Shown: positions 8,903 to 15,906 of the stretch, one piece after another
How positions within the stretch are numbered: position 1 is the first letter of the stretch
How the letters are laid out: the number at the start of each line of letters is the position of its first letter
Translations under genes and position numbers: made by a program
The notes under the pieces: generated by a model
The model's input: only the letters and a program-made list of their open reading frames with translations
Database searches by the model: none
Told to the model about the DNA's origin: nothing
Assembly: GCA_002011085.2 (NCBI GenBank)
Contig: MTMB02000001.1
Span: 1,067,627-1,091,626 of the forward strand
Reading direction: 5' to 3'
DNA from: Candidatus Geothermarchaeum rappei
GTDB taxonomy: Archaea; Thermoproteota; Nitrososphaeria; Geothermarchaeales; JDFR-13
Length of the DNA stretch: 24,000 nt

Positions 8903-9132
8903 ATGCCCAACTCTCTCTTAACCTCTTCAGAAGTATAAACCCTACCCTCTTTAATATCACTAATAGCCTTCTCTATCTTCTCCAGAACCTCAGGAGACAA
9001 AGGCTCCTCGTCGACCTTACTCATGATCAACCGCCTAATAACTGAGGAATACGGCTCCCTCTCATGTATCTTCAGCTCATCCAATAATTTCTTCAACTCA
9101 ACATCTATCTGAATAGTTGTCTTCATACACAT
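8899..9132 (-). CDS. Type II antitoxin, ribbon-helix-helix (CopG/RelB-ParD-like)
   Basis: 75-77 aa, starting at ATG 9132 or 9126. It has an N-terminal beta-strand/helix pattern (KTTIQIDVELKKLLDELK) and an acidic C-terminal half, and it is coupled to the toxin gene. TTTATAAG (complement of 9151-9158) lies about 23 nt upstream of ATG 9132, consistent with a leaderless transcript. Confidence 0.7.
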   Translation of the reverse strand: MCMKTTIQIDVELKKLLDELKIHEREPYSSVIRRLIMSKVDEEPLSPEVLEKIEKAISDIKEGRVYTSEEVKRELGI

Positions 9133-9251
9133 AATAATTCAATATAACACCTTATAAATAATTATAGCAAATTATACCACAAATTATGTGTCAACACAAA
9201 TTAAACTGATTAAAAATGCTGTAGTTTTATCACATGAGATAGATATAAAAA

Positions 9252-9352
9252 TGGTGCTCCGGCCGGGATTTGAACCCGGGATCACCGGCTCGAAAGGCCG
9301 GTTTAAGCCCCCTTATTTAGGGGTATGCTTGACCGGGCTACACCACCGGAGC
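9252..9352 (-). tRNA. tRNA-Glu(UUC) with a 22-nt intron at a non-canonical position (between nt 26 and 27) and a genomically encoded CCA
   Basis: Hand-folded from the reverse complement: acceptor GCTCCGG/CCGGAGC, D-arm GTGT-AGCCCGGTCAA-GCAT, anticodon arm CCGGC-CTTTCGA-GCCGG (anticodon TTC at 9292-9294), variable TGATC, T-arm CCGGG-TTCAAAT-CCCGG, then discriminator A and CCA. The extra 22 nt (about 9302-9323) form a relaxed bulge-helix-bulge. Confidence 0.9.
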
Positions 9353-9390
9353 CAGTTGGTGCCTATTATTATCAATACATAGTGATATTC

Positions 9391-9398
9391 TTTATAAA
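9391..9398 (-). promoter_or_regulatory. Candidate TATA box for the tRNA-Glu gene
   Basis: TTTATAAA lies about 40 nt upstream of the mature tRNA 5' end. That spacing would imply a leader of about 15 nt. Confidence 0.3.
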
Positions 9399-9401
9399 AC
9401 T

Positions 9402-9617
9402 TTAGAGTTTTTCGCCTCTTATCTCTAGGACAGTCCTTATATCCTTCTCTTTAACCGTTACACGCTTGGACTGCTCGGCTACCTTCATAGCCTGTAACGT
9501 CACGTCTTTAGCTACTTTCTCTAAATATTTTGCGAGTAATGCGGCTGCATCTTCACTTACTTTCTTGGCTCCAGCCTCTTTCATTAGCTTATACACGGTG
9601 AACTTTGGGATTGCCAT
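9402..9617 (-). CDS. Archaeal histone (histone-fold DNA-binding protein, HMf/CBF-NFY family)
   Basis: 71 aa from ATG 9617. AIPKFTVYKLMKEAGAKKVSEDAAALLAKYLEKVAKDVTLQAMKVAEQSKRVTVKEKDIRTVLE is collinear with archaeal histones (...IGRIIKNAGAERVSDDA...L...LEE....I...A..LA.HAGRKTI...DI). The upstream part of the 102-aa ORF (to 9710) overlaps the divergent tatD start and is AT-rich promoter sequence. Confidence 0.85.
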   Translation of the reverse strand: MAIPKFTVYKLMKEAGAKKVSEDAAALLAKYLEKVAKDVTLQAMKVAEQSKRVTVKEKDIRTVLEIRGEKL

Positions 9618-9691
9618 ATTAAAAATCACCACATAATTTATTTTAGCATTATAAGGATTTATATAGTTCATAGTTTTAGGTGCAATTAGGC

Positions 9692-10456
9692 ATGAGGCTC
9701 GTGGATACACACATACATCTCTATGATGAGAAGTATTTGAGTAGTCTGGACCAGATATTGTCGGATGCTGAGAAAATTGGTGTAGAGGCTGTTATATGCG
9801 TCGCCGAGGATTATGAGACGTCCCTCGACACCCTTAGAATAGCCTCTAAAAACGATTCTGTATATCCTGCTATCGGGATGCATCCATGGACCGCGCTCCA
9901 TTCATTCGATGAACTGGAGAGGGTAATTGAGTTGATTCAGCGGGAGAATAGAAGTATCATTGCCATTGGTGAGGTGGGGCTGGATAGGAAATATGAGAGT
10001 GGTGAGAAGGGCTATGCAAGGCAGCTTGAGGCTTTTAAGAAGATGGTTGAGCTCGCCAAGGAGTTTGATAAGCCGCTGAACATCCATTCCAGACGTGCAG
10101 CCAGGGATGTCCTGAGGATCCTGAGGGTTTACAACGTTGAAAAAGCCCATTTTCACTGGTTTACAGATGATGAGGATATACTCCGGGAAGTCGTCTCAAT
10201 GGGATACTATGTGTCCTTCACGCCTTCAATAACATACTCTAAGAGAAATCAGCGCCTAGCCAAGCTGGTTCCACCCGAGCAACTCCTTACAGAGACAGAT
10301 GGTCCGGTGCCGTTCTACGGCGAGTTGAAGGGGAAGCTGACTGAGCCTAAGCACGCCCTGCTGGTCCTTAACAAGCTTGCTGAGATACATGGGATAGAGC
10401 CTAGTGAGTTGGCGGAGATAATTTGGAGGAACTTTGAGAAGCTATATCTCCAGTAA
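9692..10456 (+). CDS. tatD: TatD-family metal-dependent hydrolase (DNase-like)
   Basis: The N-terminal LVDTHIHL metal-binding motif is followed by GEVGLD, NIHSR and HWF/TDGP motifs in TatD order. ATG 9692 is preferred over the GTG at 9680 used by the ORF track. Confidence 0.85.
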   Translation: MRLVDTHIHLYDEKYLSSLDQILSDAEKIGVEAVICVAEDYETSLDTLRIASKNDSVYPAIGMHPWTALHSFDELERVIELIQRENRSIIAIGEVGLDRKYESGEKGYARQLEAFKKMVELAKEFDKPLNIHSRRAARDVLRILRVYNVEKAHFHWFTDDEDILREVVSMGYYVSFTPSITYSKRNQRLAKLVPPEQLLTETDGPVPFYGELKGKLTEPKHALLVLNKLAEIHGIEPSELAEIIWRNFEKLYLQ

Positions 10457-10670
10457 ATTATTCGGGGCCGACTAGGAACGCGGTCATCGAGACCCCATTA
10501 GTCAAGTGAGAGAGACACCCGATGAAGTGGGTACCCGGCTCCTTCACAACCATCAATTGGGATATTCTCGATAGACGATGAAAAAATTTTGGCTACCCGC
10601 GTGTCCCTACCCCATTCTAATTATAGGGGTTTCCAGAGTTGCATAGATGTCTTGTTAATAGCCCTATTAG

Positions 10671-10700
10671 CTGTGTTTAAGCACAGAACCATTTTATTCT
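10671..10700 (+). terminator. Candidate terminator: 5-bp hairpin followed by oligo-T tracts
   Basis: CTGTG (10671-10675) pairs with CACAG (10682-10686), followed by ATTTTATTCTATTTCTAATTTTT. This would end a plus-strand transcript about 240 nt downstream of the tatD stop. Confidence 0.3.
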
Positions 10701-10767
10701 ATTTCTAATTTTTAAGCCTGTTTTACCAAATTTTATTAAGGCGGATGATTGGACTGACCTGGGCTGA

Positions 10768-10830
10768 GTCGATGATGACAATGCACCACAATGACGCCAC
10801 TTGATGATAGGTATTAAAATTATGACTAAG
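10768..10830 (+). ncRNA. Weak candidate C/D-box sRNA with non-consensus D boxes
   Basis: Layout: ATGATGA (10772-10778), 12 nt, ATGA (10791-10794), 7 nt, TGATGA (10802-10807), 14 nt, ATGA (10822-10825). This box order and size (about 60 nt) match archaeal C/D sRNAs, and TTTTATTAA lies at 10731-10739 upstream. Both D-type boxes are AUGA rather than the consensus CUGA, and the second spacer is long. Confidence 0.25.
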
Positions 10831-10842
10831 AATCCATGGTTT

Positions 10843-12327
10843 CTAGTTTAGGCTACTTAATTTTGCCTTTAGCCTAAGCCTCTCTCTAAGGCTGAGAGCA
10901 GCGACCCTAGTATCCTCATCCCTCAAGTACTCCGAGACTTCATACGGTACTCTACCATCTAAGAAAGAAGGTGGCTTAATGCCATTCGAGTATAGCATGA
11001 TCGAGGCTATATCCTCCATATAGAGATTATCATCTAGCTTCATCTGCATCGTATAGGGCTCTCCATCCCTAAAAACAGCGTATAGAAGAACTGTGTCAAC
11101 AGCATGTGTTCCCCTCCTTGCATGGGGAACCTTATCAATATACGTTTCTCCACCAGTATAGTAGGGATAATATACGATTCCCTCTACAGTCCTTATTATA
11201 TAGTCTGGGTGGGTCCTCCTATACACGCCATCCCTATTTAAATGGTGAACATCCTCCACGATATCCAGTTCACAGAGGGCGTTTTGGAGTAGGCGGTGAA
11301 TATGTCTAGCGGAGGAAGAATATTTAGGCTCTAGGTAGAGGTAGCCCCCGCCATCAGTCACGCTCCCACATCCCATTAGGGGCCCGTATCCCATGCCCCC
11401 CGTACCCAGGTATTTCATGAAGCCCCTGAGGTAATAACCCTGGAGATACCCGCTTAGATAGGGGGTTACACGGCTTAGATACGTCTTCTCAACGATCTCC
11501 ATCAACTTACTCCTGAGGATATTCTTTATAGACTCCCGGAAGGTATAGAGGTTCTTCCTATAGAGGTGGTTCATTATATTCAACGTCCCCCGCCCCGATG
11601 TGAAGCCGTGGTCACCGTATATCATCACCACGGCATCCTCCCTATCATCCCTTATCCTATCGATGAGGGGCTTTATAAAGCTCCTGTCAATCAATTCATA
11701 TACACTATAGATATATGGACGGTCATGCCAGAAATAATGCTGGGCTACATCCGTCTCCCTAAACACCACCATTGAGAAGTCATATGTATAGATCTCGGAG
11801 AGCCTGTGGAACAGTAGGCTCCTATCCCTAATACTCTTCTCCAGCCAGGTTTTCTTAGATGACCACGGTGGTTCACCCACGTATAGGCCCCGCCTCTTCA
11901 ACGCCTCACCCAGTTTCTCGGGATAGGTATATATAGAGGAGGAGTATGAGGCAGGCATGCCGGATACGATGACGCCGTTAACCCTCTTAGGAGGATATAG
12001 GAAGGGTATGTTTATAAGGAGCTGCCTCCTTCCAGAGTGGTTCATGATATCGAATATCGTGAAAGGCAGATCCTCTCCACTCGAGAGCCTGAGCCTCCTA
12101 CTCAGCTTGTCATAGAGGTAGAAGTCGTATATCCCATGCCTAGATTTCTTCAACCCCGTTATTATAGAGGACCAGGCTGGTGGGGACATTGGGGGTATTG
12201 TGGATTTGAGGCGGTACCGTAGAGAAGAGTCATAAAGCTCTTTAAACCCCCCATTACTCCTATGGGAGAGATAGCCCAATAGAATATGCTCGTCCAAGCC
12301 ATCTATGCCGATGGAATATACTTTCAT
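10843..12327 (-). CDS. Alkaline-phosphatase-superfamily protein, type I phosphodiesterase/nucleotide pyrophosphatase-like (uncharacterised archaeal group); paralog 1
   Basis: About 494 aa from ATG 12327 (MKVYSIGIDGLD). It has the metal-ligand/nucleophile pattern of the AP superfamily: GIDGLD, STIPPMSPPAWSSIITG, ETDVAQHYFWH, YGDHGF. It shares these blocks with the ORF at 21689-22951. Confidence 0.75.
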   Translation of the reverse strand: MKVYSIGIDGLDEHILLGYLSHRSNGGFKELYDSSLRYRLKSTIPPMSPPAWSSIITGLKKSRHGIYDFYLYDKLSRRLRLSSGEDLPFTIFDIMNHSGRRQLLINIPFLYPPKRVNGVIVSGMPASYSSSIYTYPEKLGEALKRRGLYVGEPPWSSKKTWLEKSIRDRSLLFHRLSEIYTYDFSMVVFRETDVAQHYFWHDRPYIYSVYELIDRSFIKPLIDRIRDDREDAVVMIYGDHGFTSGRGTLNIMNHLYRKNLYTFRESIKNILRSKLMEIVEKTYLSRVTPYLSGYLQGYYLRGFMKYLGTGGMGYGPLMGCGSVTDGGGYLYLEPKYSSSARHIHRLLQNALCELDIVEDVHHLNRDGVYRRTHPDYIIRTVEGIVYYPYYTGGETYIDKVPHARRGTHAVDTVLLYAVFRDGEPYTMQMKLDDNLYMEDIASIMLYSNGIKPPSFLDGRVPYEVSEYLRDEDTRVAALSLRERLRLKAKLSSLN

Positions 12328-12470
12328 ATTCACAAACCATCTACAACATAACCTAAGACGTAAAAGAATATTATTACCAGTCAATAATAAAAATTATAAA
12401 AGATATATAAAGCATATTTACCTTATTCGCATATCCACTTCATATGATAAATAAGAGGCAAGGCACCTTC

Positions 12471-13262
12471 CTAGGGCTTCCTAATCCTCAGGTCACCGGA
12501 TCTAATGAGCTCCTCAATATAGATGCGTGCATCATCCTCCTCAAGCGAGAGCTTTCTCGCTAGCTCGCTAAATGCCTTCAAAGCCTCATCCAAAGTAGTC
12601 TCGCCAAGGCTCCTAGCCAGCGCCCTAAACTCATCCAAGACCCTATGCCTCTTCACAGCCCATTCTCTGAAGCCTCCCGATGCATATTCAACAGGCTTTA
12701 TCTCCAGCTCATCTGCAGTGGCATAGTATCTATATACCCTTTCAGGCCTCTTCGTCCTACCGAGGTACATCAACGGCCTATATTTTTTATAGTCCCATCT
12801 ACCATTTACAAAGGCCTCATTCGCATATGCCGAGACCACCTCCCCGACAAACCAATCGTGGTCCCCTGTGACGAAGCAATTAACCTTCTTCATCTCCAAG
12901 ACAGCAGCCGACTCAGCTATGTATGGGACGCCTAATACCTCGCCCTTCTTAATCGTGAAGCCCCCTCTCCTGATCTTATCCCTATAGAACCTCTCCGACA
13001 CATCCCCTAAATAAGGTGTCTTATCCACTAGGCTGAAGTCTAGGAAGTTGAATGCAAAGCCATCGGCTTTTAGAAGCACTTTATAAGTATAGCGTTCAGG
13101 AGCTACAGCGACGCCTAGGAGTAGAGGCTTGTGAGATAGCTGTGTCCACCATGCGGCCAACATACCCGTGGCCCTACCATCATATTCAGCGGTGACTACA
13201 ATAGGTATAAATGGATATAGGAGGTTGGGAGCTTGAGACAAGTCTATCTTTCTGAGACTCAT
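12471..13262 (-). CDS. Flavin reductase-like (FMN-binding split-barrel) domain protein with a C-terminal helical extension
   Basis: The N-terminal part of about 190 aa, with IVVTAEYDGRATGMLAAWWTQLSHKPLLLGVAV....YTYKVL and TGDHDWFVGEVV, matches the flavin reductase-like domain pattern. The last 70 aa or so are charged and helical, with no recognisable motif. Confidence 0.65.
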   Translation of the reverse strand: MSLRKIDLSQAPNLLYPFIPIVVTAEYDGRATGMLAAWWTQLSHKPLLLGVAVAPERYTYKVLLKADGFAFNFLDFSLVDKTPYLGDVSERFYRDKIRRGGFTIKKGEVLGVPYIAESAAVLEMKKVNCFVTGDHDWFVGEVVSAYANEAFVNGRWDYKKYRPLMYLGRTKRPERVYRYYATADELEIKPVEYASGGFREWAVKRHRVLDEFRALARSLGETTLDEALKAFSELARKLSLEEDDARIYIEELIRSGDLRIRKP

Positions 13263-13307
13263 ATGTATACACCAAAAATAATATTTTAGGGCTTACACAC
13301 AATAAAA

Positions 13308-14330
13308 CTACATATCCCGGGGAGGGAGGGCACCATCTTCAATAAATGATTTTGCAATAGACACAAACTCATCCGTCTCCTCCTTCGGGGTTATAGCCCC
13401 CATAACATTATCCTTTCCACCCGCTACATATCCCCGTGACAATGCATAGTCTATCAACCTATACATCTCCATGGGATAGGCGTTGGACCGTATATATACC
13501 TGGTCATACTGGGGGAAGAACCCCCTATTCACTACTATTGTTACAAGGCCCCTATATCTTGATGAGATACGCCTACCTACGCGTGAGATGATGTAGTAGT
13601 GGGAGTCTAACTCCTTATATATCCACCTATCTCCACGTACTATACCATCATCCCCAGATAGTCTCTCAACTTCTCTTATCGCCTCATCATACCTATTAAT
13701 CCACTCCCTCTCATCAAGTATACCATGGGGATCATCCACATACTGGAGTACCTTATCCACCGCCTTTTTAACTGCCTCACGGTCGTTCACTATATGATTT
13801 GAGTCTATTAAGAGAACCATTCGATAAACATCCTCGAGAGAGAGGCCATGTATGTCTAGGATTCTAGACACATCATTATAGATAGGCTTATCCCTAATCC
13901 TCATGCCGACGTCCCCGACCAGGCCTAATACAGTCAAGATATCCATATCCCTATTCAGTATATGGTCTATGAGGAGGGTGTTTGAATAAAACCTCTCACC
14001 AGACTCCATAGGGGGATCGATATAGAGGGCGTTTCTACGCGACGTGTGGAAATGATGATCTATGACAACTATTTGGGAGCCGGTGGATTCAGCCAACTCC
14101 CCCAGGTTATCGTCCCTCACGGCGATATCCAAGACGACTATGTATTCATAGCCCCCAAGACGTTTAAAGTCGTCAGTTGGTATAGTATAGCTGCCGATAG
14201 GCGGGGTATAGAACTCAGCGGAGCTATTTACATATAGTTTGAACTTCGCGGTTGAGCATATCCCGTCTGTATCCCAGTGTCCAACAACCATTACATCGCT
14301 GTCCCTTAGAGGGGATATATTATATTCCAT
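13308..14330 (-). CDS. DHH-family phosphoesterase (RecJ/NrnA-like)
   Basis: 340 aa with DHH-superfamily motifs in order: VVGHWDTDGICS (motif I/II-like), VLDIAV, and VVIDHHF (the DHH motif). Confidence 0.7.
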   Translation of the reverse strand: MEYNISPLRDSDVMVVGHWDTDGICSTAKFKLYVNSSAEFYTPPIGSYTIPTDDFKRLGGYEYIVVLDIAVRDDNLGELAESTGSQIVVIDHHFHTSRRNALYIDPPMESGERFYSNTLLIDHILNRDMDILTVLGLVGDVGMRIRDKPIYNDVSRILDIHGLSLEDVYRMVLLIDSNHIVNDREAVKKAVDKVLQYVDDPHGILDEREWINRYDEAIREVERLSGDDGIVRGDRWIYKELDSHYYIISRVGRRISSRYRGLVTIVVNRGFFPQYDQVYIRSNAYPMEMYRLIDYALSRGYVAGGKDNVMGAITPKEETDEFVSIAKSFIEDGALPPRDM

Positions 14331-14427
14331 GGTCCCAGCTATACAGATTAATGTTGTGATAAATAAAATAATTTATTTATTCAGCCAAATACAAGGGCGG
14401 TAATCAACTATTGTAGAGGGGAGAAGG

Positions 14428-14964
14428 ATGGAGATAAGGCTGTTAGATGAAGAAGTCCTGTGTAGAGGTAGGCGTGTCACACTATACTCTAGGAGATATT
14501 GGGTTGAGGGTAAGGAGGTTGTTAGGGATGTAGTCCACTTCGGGGAATCCGTCGCCATAGTCCCGGTTAAGGATGATGGGAAGATTATCTTGATAAGGCA
14601 GTTCCGGGCATCGATCGGGAAATGGATTATAGAGGTTCCAGCGGGTAGGGTTGAGGAGGGGGAGGACTGGCGGTCTGCGGCTAGGAGGGAGTTGGAGGAG
14701 GAGACGGGATACAAGCCTTCTAGTATAGAGAGGCTGGCATCAACATACGTCTCGCCGGGATATAGTGACGAGGTGATACATATAACCGTTGCACGTGGAC
14801 TCGAGTATGTGGGTCAGAATCTAGAGCCTACGGAGGTTATAAACGTATTCGAGACATCGGTTGAAGAGGCCCTTGAGATGATCCTGGGATCTGACACTGC
14901 AGACGCCAAGACAGTCATAGCCCTAATGCTATACCATAACTATGTGCATGGCAGGAAGACATGA
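14428..14964 (+). CDS. Nudix hydrolase (ADP-ribose pyrophosphatase-like)
   Basis: It has a complete Nudix box, GRVEEGEDWRSAARRELEEETGY (G-x5-E-x7-REUxEExGU). A GGGGAGAAGG Shine-Dalgarno-like element lies just upstream of the ATG. Confidence 0.85.
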   Translation: MEIRLLDEEVLCRGRRVTLYSRRYWVEGKEVVRDVVHFGESVAIVPVKDDGKIILIRQFRASIGKWIIEVPAGRVEEGEDWRSAARRELEEETGYKPSSIERLASTYVSPGYSDEVIHITVARGLEYVGQNLEPTEVINVFETSVEEALEMILGSDTADAKTVIALMLYHNYVHGRKT

Positions 14965-14982
14965 AAAGTTATATGAAGACTG

Positions 14983-15906
14983 TTATCTCCTATGGACATA
15001 GCCTATGATATCCTCGATGGAGGAGAAGCCCTCTGAATCAAGATACTTCTCAATACCCTGTAGTATCTCCCCAGCTGTTGATAATCCTTTAAATGCTACA
15101 GCTGTACCGATGCCTACAGCCGAGGCTCCCGCCAATATGAACTCGACTGCATCAATCCATGTCATGACGCCTCCCACCCCGATTATAGGAGGCGAATACT
15201 CTCTATAGATCTCGTAGACTACTCTAGTGGCAACTGGGTGTATAGCCGGCCCGCTTAACCCACCATATTTATTTGATAGGATAGGCTTCTTGGCATAGAC
15301 GTCTATGGCCATGGCCTTCAAGGTGTTTATGGCTACTATTGCATCGGCCCCAGCATCCAACGACCTAGACACGGTCTCCATAAGGCTATCGGTGATACCC
15401 ACCTTTATGAACACAGGTATATCGACTGACGACGATACTGTCTTAACGATCTCATATGTATATCCCGGGTCCTGCCCAATCTGGAGGCCGTGTCCCTTGA
15501 CATGGGGGCAGCTTAGGTTTAGCTCGACAGCGTCTGCACCATGCTCCTCCGCATAAGACGCTATAATGTGGAACTCACCTGGTGTAGATGCTGCTATACT
15601 AACTATAACTGGAGCGCCTCCCTCCCTAGCCTCCTTCAAAATATCTGGTAGAGCCCTATAACCTGGGTTTGAAAGGCCTACTGCATTCAATAGCCCACTT
15701 TCTACAAAGGCTATGATAGGCGTGTCATACCCCTCTCTAGGCTCGAGCGTCATACTCTTCGTCGTGACAGCGCCGAAGCCGGCCTTCGCCGCCCTAGCCA
15801 GGAGGAGGCCGTCGTTACCAAGTATGCCCGATGCAAGGACCAATGGGTTTACGAGTGTTAGTGAGGATATCTTTGTTGATAACCTAGTCATCCACCCCCA
15901 CCTCAT
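14983..15906 (-). CDS. pyrD: Dihydroorotate dehydrogenase, catalytic subunit (class 1B)
   Basis: Motifs NPLVLASG, TTKS, ELNLSCPH, GGLSG and GVGGV are present, and the gene directly follows pyrK. The start may be the internal ATG at 15891. Confidence 0.9.
   Translation of the reverse strand: MRWGWMTRLSTKISSLTLVNPLVLASGILGNDGLLLARAAKAGFGAVTTKSMTLEPREGYDTPIIAFVESGLLNAVGLSNPGYRALPDILKEAREGGAPVIVSIAASTPGEFHIIASYAEEHGADAVELNLSCPHVKGHGLQIGQDPGYTYEIVKTVSSSVDIPVFIKVGITDSLMETVSRSLDAGADAIVAINTLKAMAIDVYAKKPILSNKYGGLSGPAIHPVATRVVYEIYREYSPPIIGVGGVMTWIDAVEFILAGASAVGIGTAVAFKGLSTAGEILQGIEKYLDSEGFSSIEDIIGYVHRR

Larger units (their letters stand above)
8486..9295. mobile_element. Putative scar of a tRNA-Glu-targeted integrated element, now containing only a toxin-antitoxin pair
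   Basis: 52-bp imperfect direct repeats of the tRNA 3' half lie at both ends, and the interior is AT-rich. The only interior genes are a RelE-like toxin and an RHH antitoxin. No integrase is present. Confidence 0.4.

Noticed and set aside
9178-9203. Direct repeats CACAAATTA (9178-9186 and 9195-9203) and a small inverted repeat TGTGT/ACACA lie upstream of the TA operon TATA box. They could be an antitoxin operator.
   Set aside because: The repeats are short and AT-rich in an AT-rich spacer. They lie upstream of the TATA/TSS rather than overlapping it. They are plausible but not statistically distinguishable from chance.
8439-9382. Two small plus-strand ORFs (8439-8648 and 9188-9382) share a conserved peptide (KMVLRPGF.P...GSK). 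That could look like a repeated small protein family.
   Set aside because: The shared peptide is simply the translation of the antisense of the duplicated tRNA-Glu 3' half. Outside the 52-bp repeat the ORFs are unrelated and AT-rich.
10507-10552. An H/ACA-like arrangement: GAGAGAG...CUCCUUC followed directly by ACA, with an internal ACCC-GAUGAAGU-GGGU hairpin.
   Set aside because: The would-be pseudouridylation pocket has only 2 nt on its 5' side. The lower stem has a mismatch and a wobble pair. This is not enough to call an H/ACA guide.
10682-10690. ACAGAACC resembles the start of the RNase P RNA CR-V/P4 motif (ACAGAACCCGGCUUA). Minimal type-T RNase P RNAs exist in Thermoproteales.
   Set aside because: The motif is followed by AUUUUAUUC rather than a P4 3' strand. 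There is no CR-I-like GGAAAGUCC partner and no P1/P2 complementarity. The hairpin plus T-tract is read more simply as a terminator.
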